Source: Xylographa opegraphella (taxonomy: Eukaryota). Taken from it: 64,000 nt of DNA. Location: assembly GCA_022813865.1 (NCBI GenBank), contig JALDZX010000014.1:248001-312000 (forward strand), written 5' to 3'. The notes under the pieces were generated by a model, which ran no database searches, had not been told where the DNA came from, and saw only the letters and a program-made list of their open reading frames with translations. The position numbers and the translations under genes were made by a program. Each line of letters begins with the position of its first letter. Positions within the stretch are counted from its first letter, which is position 1. Of this stretch, positions 50,284 to 62,182 are shown one piece after another.

Positions 50284-50826
50284 TCAAGGCTCGATTCTCA
50301 CCACCTCCCACTCTACGTTCATACGCTGCCGCACTTCTTCCTCCATTCTCCTACGCCAGTACTGTACACAGGCATCTTTCTCTGATGACTGGCCCTCATC
50401 AAAATACCAGCAGTTGAAGCCAAGGATCTTCAAATTTTGGAAGTGCGGCAGCAAGAAGTCCGACATGATATACTCGAGCATCTCGAGGCTTATGGCCACG
50501 GAGATATGTTTGATGCGATGTCGGTTGTTGAACGGCCTGAAACGCGAGTAAAAATCGATGCTGCTGGAGAAGGCCTTGAGAATGCGAAGGGTTTTGAAGT
50601 GGAAGTGGTTGTCCCCGTAGAGCATGTTGGCGCCGTCGGTGGCGAAGGTCTTGGATGCGACGATGATGGCGGGGTGGAGGCCGGAGTTCCCACCTGGGAA
50701 GGTGGCGCTGACGGGAGTGTTTATGAAAGGGGGCTTTAAGTAGATGGGCTTATCGACGACGAGCAGATGCTTCATGATTTGCAGCTTCAGCTCGACGGGG
50801 AGTTCCATCAGAGTTAGGGGTGCCAT
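50284..50826 (-). CDS. Small F-box-like protein, paralogue 1 (180 aa; DUF7730/2EXR-like group)
   Basis: LMELPVELKLQIMKHLL..LHPAIIVASK..GANMLYGDNHFHF..IKHISV..FQNLKIL. ATG at 50826, just after a probable 5'-UTR intron acceptor at 50832. Confidence 0.75.
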   Translation of the reverse strand: MAPLTLMELPVELKLQIMKHLLVVDKPIYLKPPFINTPVSATFPGGNSGLHPAIIVASKTFATDGANMLYGDNHFHFKTLRILKAFSSSIDFYSRFRPFNNRHRIKHISVAISLEMLEYIMSDFLLPHFQNLKILGFNCWYFDEGQSSEKDACVQYWRRRMEEEVRQRMNVEWEVVRIEP

Positions 50827-50930
50827 CTTGGCTGGAATATATATTAGCAAGGTGAGTTCATGACGATCATAGGTCAACTGAATGCTTTACTGGCTTCGAA
50901 GTTATATGATTACTTTCTGGGCTGTCGATG

Positions 50931-51301
50931 CTCAAGAACCACGGAGGATGCGTAGCTTCTGTTGATCTTGAAGCTGGATGTGGTGAGGTGGAAGATGGTG
51001 GGTAAGGGAAGCAACAGGTTGAAGAAGAAGAGGGGTGAGATCGTGCTGTGGAGACTTAAGAAGTGTCGCGGATATGTAGCTTCTGGTGATGTTGAAGCTT
51101 GATCTAGTGAGGTGGAAGATGGTAGGCAAGAGAAGTAAAAGGTGAGTAAGGAGGGCTGATATCGTGCTGTGGATACTCAAGAAGAGCCGAGGATGCGTAG
51201 CTTGTACTGATGTTGAAGCTCGAATGCTCGATCGAAGTGAGGTGAAAGCTGATAAGGGAAGAGAAGCAAAAGGGTGAAGAAGAGGGAAGATATAGTGCTG
51301 T
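50931..51301 (-). repeat. Three diverged tandem copies of a ~123-bp unit upstream of paralogue 1
   Basis: Units start ctcaagaa (50931), cttaagaa (51055) and ctcaagaa (51176). Each has ggat(g/a)(c/t)gtagctt..tgat(c/g)ttgaagct..gtgaggtg..gtgctgt. Confidence 0.85.
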
Positions 51302-52792
51302 CCTGCTAGCTTCGCTTGTGCTGTGATGAATGGTTTACCTGCTTTCGTTTTCACTTAGCCGTCCTTTCCGCTCGCCAGTCATGTCAGTTTCTGGTTTGGC
51401 GTTCCTGGAGGCGAGTGCTCTACTAGGTGTAATCCTCAGTCACAAGCGCTTACCTACCTTAGTTCTCCCTAAGTGGTCTCTCTATAACCTCGGTTCTTGG
51501 TACTATGGACCCCTATCCGTAGCGAGTTGATCGAGAGGAGGCCTTGCTCTCTTGTGTCATCCTTTCAAGTCCTCCCCTGAGATTTTGTACAGTTACGAGG
51601 GCCAGATAGTCTCATCCAAGGCTCAAATGGCGCTGCAGCTTTGATCTTATGCTTACCTGCCAATGAGAGTGTGAGTCTTGACAGTGGTTTGAGAAGTAGG
51701 GCCTTGCGTGTGCTATCCGGACTGTTCCCACGTCTCTAAGGACTGACTTCTCTAGTATATCACCCACGTCTCCTATCCTCGAGCACGCAGGCTCCAATGC
51801 CTACCATCTTTATTCGACATTATGTTGCGCCAGCATCGTTCTTCCTACGCAGTGTTCGCAATGGTTTGGACTGGTCCGGACCGGTCCCTCAAGCCAGTTC
51901 TCTGCGAACAGTCTACGGTGCTGGAGACTATCAATGCTTCCTTCGGCTTCAGCATTAGTGATCCATTAAGCTCCAGCCTTGATAGTACAACCTCTCCTCT
52001 GCACCGTGAAGACCAGCCAAATAACAAGCGGCCTTCTCACGCGAACCGAGCTTGACCTTAGGCATCCTATTTGACTTCTTACTCGAGGCACACCGCGGCG
52101 CTTTCACCTTTCTCGGAAAGAACACCTACCGTCGAGCGGTCGTAATAGCCGGTTGTGAGAGTTCCAATGCTGGTATAAATATGCATCTGTGCTACATTTC
52201 ATGGGGTCGTGGTATTTGCATTTGTTACTCTATACTACAAGCTGTTGTTCTGGGTGCGTGGCCTGCATTTTGACAGCTCGGGAGTTGATGGAATGTATAT
52301 TTCGTGAGGTGTGTCACGGGTTTCACCGGTCCAATGGAGAATTTGCATCTGCGTGGTCGCTCGGCGTGAGTTCATAAGGTGGCTACTTCTATTCATGAAG
52401 CATATTAGATTAGAGTATGTCCTGTATACAATAGATATAATGAAATTGAACTCGTTTATAGTCTGGTTTAGTCTCAGCGATCTGGTTGGTATGCTGACGA
52501 GGTTAGAGGGCCTAAGTTCATCTACATAAGTCAAGGTTATCTTTGCAATGTTGTTATCACAATTGACGTACTGTGTAATGACTGTTTATGAAGTCAGAAT
52601 TTACTCATGCATGGGAGAAGAGTTCTCTAGTAGCTACTCAATTTCTATCGAGACTAAGCTCTCTATGGCTCTCCCCCTCAATTTTCTATCTCCCTACATG
52701 CACCTCTAGGTTTCCCCGAGTGCCTGTTCCAACTTAAACTCCAAACAATCTAGCTCCGCTTGTCAGTGCCCCAAAGGGCTGTTCTCGACGAA

Positions 52793-53350
52793 TTACTCCG
52801 GGGGATAGATGACAATCATCCACTGGGTTCTCACTTTCTCGCGCAGTGCTTGCTCCAACTCCTCCCTTTTGGGGATGCGGGAAAGGATTGAGCGAGCAAT
52901 AATGCCGCTGGCTGCTAATCGTCGCTCAAGGGTGATGCGGTTGAGATTGGGGAAGCACTTGGTCACGATCCCACCCAGGACAAACTCATGAAACTCGGGG
53001 TTCACAGCGTGGATGCTGATCTGGGAAACTCGCTGTGCCTTGGTCTTGCCAATGAAGTCAGCAAAGGTGTAAAGGCCCTGAGGACCCAGAAAATGAAAGC
53101 GATTCATCTTGTAAAGAATCGCGGCACCAGCTTCGTGGATCACTCCGCAGATCATGAGAACTGACGGCTGCATTGATTTGAAGGGCTCCTTTGGCTTTGG
53201 TCGGGTCATAAAATCGACTCGTCTCGAAGGCGTAGTAGCGAAGCATCCGAACAGTCGGTCGGTGATGATGGAATCGTCCGCAACCAGGAATGGTGCGAGA
53301 ATCAGGGCGAGAAGCTCCGGAAGGATGGTGTCAAGGTTTGGTGTGGTCAT
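52793..53350 (-). CDS. Small F-box-like protein, paralogue 2 (185 aa)
   Basis: LDTILPELLALILAPFLV..MQPSVLMICG..GAAILYKMNRFHF..VSQISI..FPNLNRITL. TATA-like tttata upstream. Confidence 0.72.
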   Translation of the reverse strand: MTTPNLDTILPELLALILAPFLVADDSIITDRLFGCFATTPSRRVDFMTRPKPKEPFKSMQPSVLMICGVIHEAGAAILYKMNRFHFLGPQGLYTFADFIGKTKAQRVSQISIHAVNPEFHEFVLGGIVTKCFPNLNRITLERRLAASGIIARSILSRIPKREELEQALREKVRTQWMIVIYPPE

Positions 53351-53996
53351 AACTGGTGTGTTTGGTATGTTGAGGGATCAAAGGAAGAGAAAAGTTCTGG
53401 AAAGAGAAACTGGTGTATAAATAGTATTTTCGTTAGGAACAATGACTCGCTGGGAACTCGCCTTGTTGTTCCAGACAGACTCTATGTAGTTTTGTTCTGA
53501 GTTAAGTTTCGGTTTCTGTTGCGCTGTCACATATACCCCAAGTAGTTTTAGTTTATCGTTTCAATGGTTCATTTCTTCCTTGGGTCAACAATCTAGCATG
53601 TGGTACGGAAGTCGACTGTTCCTGATATTCGGAACTCAATGAACTCTTCGTTCAAACAGACAGACCATTACTGAGTATCTGGAAGGTCAGTGCCGTTGAC
53701 CTACTGTTGAGATGTTCTCGTACCTGTTCAGTTATGCTCGATGACATCGAATATTGTTGTAAGCTGTTGTTCAGTTCGGATTCTTCGAACATATCACTCA
53801 CGGGCACATGAATGGAACAATCCTATTAGAGTATTTAATCTTTTTTGAAACCACAGAACTAGTGAACGACTAGTCTACACGTACTATCATTTCCGACTGG
53901 CTTTGAAAGCAAGAAAACGCCTTGACGCCTATTGATAGAATATTGTATGACAGTCCTCCTCGTAATGATATACCGATAAGGTAATTCTCGGTTGCA

Positions 53997-54518
53997 CTAA
54001 CCCCATATTCTAGCATAGGTGATTTCACACTCGTCGCCCACTATTCGCTGTACGCAATCGATACATCTATCGTCGGGTTTCCTATCGGCCGACTTAGACC
54101 ACAAGTATCGGCAATCGTATACCAGTTTTCTAAGGTTCGGATAAAGCCTGGTTAGAGTCCCATCTAGTAGATGGTCTTGATAGCCTCCATCCAGGATATC
54201 TATGATCATCTTGGAGATACGTAGGGCGTTTCTTCGAGCGAGGTGTGGACCAAGAGCCACAAACGCATAGGAACAATATGAATAGAAACAATTCTTGTTG
54301 TACAAAGCTTCGACGCCTAGATTGTACAGTTTCTTCGAGACGCGGAGAATCGAAGGTTGAAGTTCGTGGCATGGAATTTTACGAAAGTCGCACCGCGGTG
54401 CAGGCCATACGTCGGGATAGGAACTGTACACGATCAAAGGTGTATTCCGTACCAAAAGTAATTCCAGTATCATGTCGAGGATATCCGTGGGCAGGTCCAT
54501 CAACTTGATTGGAGCCAT
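53997..54518 (-). CDS. Small F-box-like protein, paralogue 3 (173 aa)
   Basis: LMDLPTDILDMILELLLV..LQPSILRVSKKLYNLGVEALYNKNCF..ISKMII..YPNLRKLVY. Confidence 0.75.
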   Translation of the reverse strand: MAPIKLMDLPTDILDMILELLLVRNTPLIVYSSYPDVWPAPRCDFRKIPCHELQPSILRVSKKLYNLGVEALYNKNCFYSYCSYAFVALGPHLARRNALRISKMIIDILDGGYQDHLLDGTLTRLYPNLRKLVYDCRYLWSKSADRKPDDRCIDCVQRIVGDECEITYARIWG

Positions 54519-55910
54519 TACTTAGAATAGAGGATAAGGTGTTCAGCGCTCTAGAGCGAAATGTTCTCAATGACAAACTTCGAAGTTTCTTATATCTTAT
54601 TCCACGAACAATAATAAGCACTGCTTCTTTGTTTGCTTCTTGCTCAGATCATCCCGTAAACCATTGTGTCCATGCCAATTGAATTGTACACAAAAAAGCG
54701 ACTCGACCTTTCTACTTACGGAATCAGATTTATGAACGCTGTTCTTAATCTCCAAGGCCAAAGTCGGGTTCACGATTCTCGTTGAAAATCAGCGGAGATC
54801 TGCCACGAAAGACGTACCTGTCTCTATTTTTTAGTCATAAAGACTGGCTTGTGTCGTCCAAGTCTGAAATATTGAACAAAAGCAGGATCCATATACGTTC
54901 AGACATCGTACAATTGGACTCTTGTCCAGCTGAAATAATGACACTGTACAGACAAATTCTGTAATTGGTAACATCAGTGCTCTCATATCCTATGAGCAAG
55001 TCATAGCATGGCAAAGGGAAGTCTGTATGACAGCATTCTTGAAATACAGAGGTGATAAACTGATGGCTTAAAATTGATATCTGGGGTATCCGAGCATTAT
55101 GTATTTTCGTCGGTAGACTTGTGTACCCCTGTGCTTTCCTGTACTATCCTGACTGACCCGTTTAGATCAGGCGCAGACAAAAGCTCAAGAGATGAAGTAT
55201 GGAGAAGTCCCCAACTTCTGACATGTAACGGTTTAGACTCCCCTCAAACAAGACGAAGAAGTTTGTACAACGCTTCCACATCGCATTCCAGAGCTTCCTT
55301 CGGCACTTACTATCAGCCAGCAAGTCCATCGGTCTACCAGTCAGGTGTAAGCACTGTTCCCCCGTGACATTGCCCATACTTTGCGAATGTGGGTGATCTG
55401 ATACGCATTTTCATACCGCGCACTCGCAATGAAGTCGCTGAGTGCTATAGGTCAGACGAAGCTGAAATTATTGGGTCCCTTCAAAATCTCCACGATTATC
55501 TGGTTAATCATTCTACCGACCTGGAAGACTGTAGTATCTGGTTGATATCCCTCGCGCTCCATTAGATAGCGTGACGATATCGAAGTGGTGGTGTACAAAG
55601 AGCGTCTGTCGAAGATTGATAGACAGTAAACCCGACTAAAGGTCGACTACACTTTGCTCAGCTTGATTGGTTGAGAAGCAGCGACACAAGTAGTGGGCGA
55701 GAACCTGTGACGACCAGGACTTAACAAAGGGACGAAAGAAGTCAGCTAAGTTAAGGTAATGCGCAAATACTTCGAACTTGGCGCTTGACGCTTTGGGAAA
55801 GACAGGCGAGTAAAATACGGAGGTATTTTACCCTAAGGTAGGGTAAGCGAGGTCCGCGTCCCGACTCGGACGCGACTCGGACTTCTCGATAACATGGTAT
55901 AGCAGACACT

Positions 55911-57836
55911 ATGGTGAGCTGCCCGATTTGCGGCGGGCCCGTTAAAGAGTCTAATATTAATCGCCACATCGATTCGGAATGCGTGGAATTCATTGAGGGC
56001 ACATCGCCTCCTGCAACTCAACAAAAGAGCACGGAGCGTAGAGTTCTCCCAGTAGCGAATTTCTTTCAGACCCCGTCCTCGAAGTCAACAGCAAGCACTC
56101 AGAGTCCCGATGGACTGCTACGGACTGAAAACAGCAGAAGTCAAGCACATTTCAACAGCAATGGTATCGGTGTCAATTCATCGACGGCCAAGCGCTCTGT
56201 TGATGATGATCGACAGAGTGGAATCCCGGACGTCGGACAAGATGATGGCGGCGAACCCTCGGTAAAACGACCGAAGACGTCTAATTTACACAAGGTCGCT
56301 CCTCTTGCAGAGCGTATGCGTCCTCGTACACTTGATGATGTGCATGGACAGGAGCTGGTAGGGCCAAATGGTGTACTCCGGGGGTTAATCGAGGATAATC
56401 GCGTCCCGTCCATGATATTATGGGGCGGTGCGGGAACGGGGAAAACCACAATCGCGAGGCTGATAGCGAATCTTGTGGGGAGCCGCTTCGTGGAGATCAA
56501 TTCGACTTCTTCCGGGGTCGCGGAATGCAAGAAAATATTTGCTGAAGCCAGAAGTGAACTAAGTCTGACGGGACGAAAGACTATACTCGTGGGTAATTCC
56601 AACGTTCTCATGCAGGACGTGCTGAGTGGAAGTTCCACAGTTTTGCGACGAGATCCATAGATTTAGCAAATCTCAGCAAGACGTCTTTCTCGGACCTGTG
56701 GAGAGCGGGCAGGTAACACTGATTGGAGCAACGACTGAAAATCCGTCATTCAAGGTCCAGAACGCCTTGCTCTCGAGGTGTCGGACCTTTACCTTGCAAA
56801 AGCTACCAGATCAAGACATTGGTACTATCCTCAACCGTGCTCTGGAGGTGGAAGGACCGAATTATGCACCGTCACCAATGGTCGACACGTCGTTAATATC
56901 CTACCTGTCCGCTTTTGCAGACGGTGATGGTAAGTAGTTTAAAGAATATTGATTTTTGCACATGACTAAACTCATTTTGTAGCAAGGACTGCTCTTAATC
57001 TACTCGAGCTTGCTATGGAACTTTCCAAGCGGCCTCGTATGACGGTCGAGATTCTCAAGTCTTCCCTCACGAAAACCCTCGTATATGACCGCGCTGGTGA
57101 TCAACATTATGACACCATATCGGCATTCCATAAGTCTGTACGAGGGTCAGATCCGGATGCGGCGCTCTACTACCTTGGCCGTATGATTCAGTCAGGAGAG
57201 GTATATTTGGACTGGCTTTTCATAGTACTCAAAGACTCCTTGTCTACCTTTTCTCCAATATAAATAGTACATGCCAACGGGCCTGTACGATAAAATACTG
57301 AAGAGTAGCTGATGTGAATTTTTGGACAGGACCCACTCTATATTGCTCGCCGGATGGTTGTCATTGCCTCCGAAGATGTCGGGCTTGCAGATAACACAAT
57401 GCTTCCACTTGCTACAGCAGCTTACACCGCTGCGGAGAAAATCGGCATGCCAGAAGCACGGATCAATTTAGCACACGTAGCCGTAGCTCTGTCTCTTTCA
57501 AAGAAGAGCACTCGAGCTTACAGAGGACTCGAAAATGTCACGGCTGCCTTGAAAGAACCTGGCATCGCCGGCTTGCCAGTACCAACACACCTCCGTAATG
57601 CGCCGACAAGGTTGATGAAGGAGATGGGATATGGAAAGGAGTGAGTAATCATTTCATACGGCTTTCATGGGTTCAGGTATTGACTTGAGTTCTGTAATAG
57701 ATATAAGTACAACCCTGACTACGAGGAAGGGAAAGTAGCTCAGGAGTACCTGCCAGAGAGACTAAAGGGAGCTCACTTCCTTGAAGACATAGACCTCGGC
57801 ACGAGGGTTGACCCCGAGTATCACGAGTTTGCATAA
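55911..57836 (+). CDS. MGS1: DNA-dependent AAA+ ATPase Mgs1/WRNIP1
   Basis: UBZ finger CPIC..INRHIDSEC, PLAERMRP, Walker A GGAGTGKTT, Walker B FCDEIHRF, IGATTENPSF, ISAFHKSVRGSD, ASEDVG, HLRNAPT. Introns 56589-56640, 56930-56982, 57201-57329, 57641-57700. Confidence 0.96.
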
Positions 57837-58467
57837 GAGTTTAGGTTCAAAGCAGGTACTCAAACTGTTTGCTGTGAACGCTGAAGGACTTCATCCCCGA
57901 GCATGAAAGCTCGAAAATAGCGGGTAATTCTAATGAGGTATGCGTCTGTTATTATTGCGTAGATCCGTAACTTCAATCGTGCTAAAGCGGTCCGTTCAGG
58001 AACGCTTTGTTGAGCGGTTCATTCGATATCTATGCTGGTAGAAGGAGCAAGGTTGGACATTGTGACATGGACACTGTTGTATTATAGATCGAGTCAGCGA
58101 GAGTGTATTGTCGGTTGTAGCCATTCGAGCACAGTCTATCCTGGTATTTGGATGAAGTATCACATGGAGAGCATTAGCTTGAAGCAGGGCTGATGCTGGG
58201 AATATCCTACATGTGGTATTTACATAAAAAATAAGCGGCTCGTTGCAAGACTCGGGGCAATCTCTGGCTGATCGTGCAAGCTACACGTGGATATATATGA
58301 TCGAGATAACTGAACGGCACGAAATTTTCCTTGTAGTTGAGTCCGCAAGCCATTTTCGAGTCCGATGGCTAGGTACTTTGAGTAGGCGTTGGCGAAGTAC
58401 GGAGTATCTCAACGCTAGAGACGCTTAGGGCATGAGTGTCTGGACAAGAGTACTCTGATTAGGCGGG

Positions 58468-58477
58468 ATGACGTCAT
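58468..58477. promoter_or_regulatory. CRE/ATF-type palindrome ATGACGTCAT
   Basis: Perfect bZIP consensus about 75 bp upstream of the first ATG of the aminotransferase gene. Confidence 0.4.
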
Positions 58478-58551
58478 ATTTGACAGCAAACCAATTCATA
58501 CAACATGCCTCACCAAACGGGCCATGCATCAGCTAAGGGAATACTTTCCGG

Positions 58552-60367
58552 ATGAGTAAACCTATGTGCACTCGATTAGAACTTCTGCGACTACGGAGCA
58601 GGAACTCGCTTTCCATTGGCAAAAGTGCCACTCAATCGTTGCGATCTAACATTTCACGATTTCGTCCTCGAAACATGTCTTCAACTGTTGCAAGGAGCGA
58701 TCCTTTTCGGCCTGCCAAACGTGTTGCCGGACAGAAACAGGATGTCTGGTATTGTTGGCTACTATTTTTACTTGCCGTGCTTTGTTGACGAATTAGGACT
58801 ATCGTCAATGAAGCAGCCATAGCATCTCCTGTCCAACCAATCATAAATATGGGACAGGGGTTCTTGTGAGTATGATCACTAACATCCTTCTAGACTGATT
58901 ATTGGTGCTGAAACCTGCGTAGTGGATATAATCCTCCTCAGTTTGTTATTGATGCCGCAAAAGATGCCCTCAACAAAGTGGACTGCAATCAATATTCTCC
59001 GACTAAGGTAGGTCACCAGTTGCATCTTCGACCTCAAACGATTCATCTTTGAACCAGGGCCGCCCAAGGCTTAAGAAGGCTTTGGCACAAGCCTACTCTC
59101 CATTTTTTGGAAGGACGCTCAATCCGGAGACGGAAGTAACAATCACGACTGGGGCAAATGAGGGAATGCTCAGTGCATTTATGGCATTCATAGAGCCTGG
59201 AGATGAAGTCATAATATTCGAACCTTTCTTCGATCAGTAATGATGTTGCATCTCCAAGCTGTCGCTCAAAGCTTACTCCTACCCAGATACATAAGCAACA
59301 TAGAGATGGCAGGAGGCACAATTCGCTACGTCCCTTTACGACCACCGACACAGGGAGCGGTCAAGACCTCTTCTGCCGCCGATTGGTCAATCGATATGGA
59401 CGTACTTGAGTCAGCGATTAACTCTAAAACACGCATGATTGTGGGTTCATTTATGTCCACGATTGAGAAGCATAAGTACTGATTGCGATGTAGGTTCTCA
59501 ACTCACCGTGAGCATTGCAGAGATTGAGTATGAATGTATCTGAGGTGTTCTTTAGGCATAATCCCGTTGGCAAAGTCTTTTCGAAATCCGAATTACAAGC
59601 GATTGGAGATCTATGTGTCAACCACAACATCATCATCCTCTCTGATGAAGTAAGCTCAGTCGGCTTGACGATGCCGTGAAATGCTAAGCTAATCAAGGTC
59701 TACGACCGTCTCTACTATGTCCCGTTTACGCGAATGGCATTGTTGTCACCAGAAATCGCGAAGCTGACCCTTACTGTCGGCTCCGGAGGCAAGAATTTTT
59801 ACGCAACTGGCTGGCGCGTTGGATGGTTGATTGGGCCCGAGAATCTTATCAAACATGTATCCGCCGCTCATACTCGGATATGCTATAGCAGTGTTAGTCC
59901 TCTACAAGAAGCTGTTGCTGTGGGATTTGAGGAAGCTGAAAAGCATGGCTTTTGGGAGGAGAGTAAGCAAGAGATGAAAGGCAAAATGGATAGGTTCAAT
60001 CAAGTGTTTGACGAGCTTGGTCTACCAGTTTGTTGTCCTAGACTACATGTATAGGTTAATTGCTGATCCACGGGTCCAGTACTCCGATCCGGAGGGCGGC
60101 TACTTTGTCCTCGTCAACATGAGCAAGGTACAGCTCCCTTCGGACTACAAATTCCCACCGCATGTCGCCAGCAGACCGCGAGACTTCAAGCTCAGCTGGT
60201 TCCTCATCATGGAGCTCGGTGTGGCTGCAATTCCTCCTACGGAATTCTATACCGATGAGAACGCACACATGGCGGAGAACTATCTGCGATTTGCTGTCTG
60301 CAAGAACGATGACGTCTTAGAACAAGCAAAGGAACGTTTGAGGGGATTGAAAAAATACATGAGCTGA
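58552..60367 (+). CDS. BNA3: Kynurenine/glutamine aminotransferase (PLP class I/II)
   Basis: Motifs INMGQGF, NQYSPTKGRPRL, ITTGANEG, DEVIIFEPFFDQY, VLNSPHNPVGK, LSDEVY, GSGGKNFYATGWRVGW, PEGGYF, LRFAVCK. Eight GT-AG introns including a 14-nt microexon at 59494-59507. Second in-frame ATG at 58675. Confidence 0.92.
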
Positions 60368-61645
60368 TGATATGAGCAGCTGAGTGCTTGATCTGGGGCA
60401 AGCGCTTGACTATAAAACTTGAATCCATCTAAGGCAGAGGTTGGGATCAATACTTCGTGCTTTTCAGCCAAGGCTACATGCATCGAGAATCTACAGATCT
60501 GCTTAGACTCAAACAAATGTGTCCTGATCTTGTCGTTCATAGTTATCTCTTGCTCTCACTTCTCTAACCACGAACTGAATCTCTTCCCTTGGCAGTTCTA
60601 TCAGGGGAACTGCTACATGAACTGCTGTTGTGATGTGTATTCGCGTACTATTTTACTGCGGCTGTGTACGTGGAACATAGGTATCCAGCCCTGAACCTCT
60701 AGCGTATCCATCTACTTTGAATGTGTAGTCATTGTACTTGTCCACCGGCCGATCGCACTACTGCTCCTGAGGTTTTTTATCGGCTTGCCTCTGTTTTGCT
60801 TCCTCTACGACTCACCTGGGTGCTCGCTTAGTAAAGTACTGGCACAGGGCTTGATGCCCTAACCTAGTGCGGAAGTGTCGCGTAAAGTAGGGTAAGCATA
60901 TAACTCGCAACTCGGTGCCCGAAGCCACAACAGTGCATACGTAGCGGATTATACTGTATCATTTTGAATCATGAATCTGAAGCATAGACTAGTAGAGGAA
61001 CTGGTCATGCAGTGGTCGCAATATCTGCCCTATTGTTCTCTGTAATCGGACAGGCCCGCGGATGGCGAACAGTCTGAGAAGAAGAAATTCGTCTCAATGA
61101 ACATATTGACACAGCACCATCCAGGAAAGTGTAAGGATACAATTATTAAGTAAGCAAATCTCGAGAAGAGCACGTTATACTTGAGGAGAGCCAAGAAGGG
61201 AATGTGGAGAGTGACATGGGAAGAGCTGGAAGGCACTTCGGTCTGATAACTATCGCACAATCTGCCGGACGGGAGCTTTCATGAAAAAGCGATCCTACAG
61301 CTATAAACTTGCCCAAGGATATGATTGTCCATGGCGGAACATGCGCACTAATTCCGAATTAGAAAAAAATCGTTCCTAAGCGTACGGATTCCGCTTTGGG
61401 AACCATCATCAGAGCTTTCGCTTTCCCTTCCCATGTGGGGTCTCTCCTGTCTTTGAGGTCTCATCATCCGTAATCGTCCTTTCTATATATGAGCACATTC
61501 GTTGTTGCCAATTTCTTTATTCCAATGCGATACTAAAGCGCTCATGATCTTACTCCCCAAATTCTTGGGTTCAAGTATTCTACTATAGTCGACTCTCACA
61601 TATAGTGAGCTCTTAATCTCATCGACAATCCACATCACCGCCAGG

Positions 61646-62182
61646 ATGCATCCCGGTCTTCTGGATCTACCCCAGGAGCTTACCCGAAAGATTATGAAAT
61701 ATCTCTTTGGCTACAGGCACACCATCCACATCTCACCTGACCTCGAGGCAGATTACACCATGGGCTCTATCCTCGAAGACGACGAACCAGCAGTTGAGAA
61801 TCTAAACCCTGAGATCCTCCGTGTGTGCTCGCAACTCAGAGATAGTGGAGCGAATGTGTTATATGGAAGCCACACATTCGAGTTCATGAGCATCGACTCG
61901 TTCCGATGGTTCCTATCGCGTTCAGATACCACAGAGATCAGACGTATCCGGCTATTACTTGACGAAGAACTGAGCGACACCATCGAATGGATTCGCTTCT
62001 GGAAGTCGCAAGAATTCAAGAATGCTCTCCCACTGCTGCAGGTCGTCGAGGTTAACACACCATATGCACCCTTCACCCAGGAGCGCCAGTACTGGTTTCA
62101 TGTCCGACTGGATGTCGCGTGCGAGGTTCTAGAAAGAGAAACGCCCCCGAATTGCAAGGTGACCAAGAAATATGCACAATAG
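61646..62182 (+). CDS. Small F-box-like protein, paralogue 4 (178 aa)
   Basis: LLDLPQELTRKIMKYLF..LNPEILRVCSQLRDSGANVLYGSHTFEF..IRRIRL..LPLLQVVEV. Confidence 0.75.
   Translation: MHPGLLDLPQELTRKIMKYLFGYRHTIHISPDLEADYTMGSILEDDEPAVENLNPEILRVCSQLRDSGANVLYGSHTFEFMSIDSFRWFLSRSDTTEIRRIRLLLDEELSDTIEWIRFWKSQEFKNALPLLQVVEVNTPYAPFTQERQYWFHVRLDVACEVLERETPPNCKVTKKYAQ

Noticed and set aside
54900..55700. Possible decayed gene between paralogue 3 and MGS1
   Set aside because: Only short frames with no coherent splice model.
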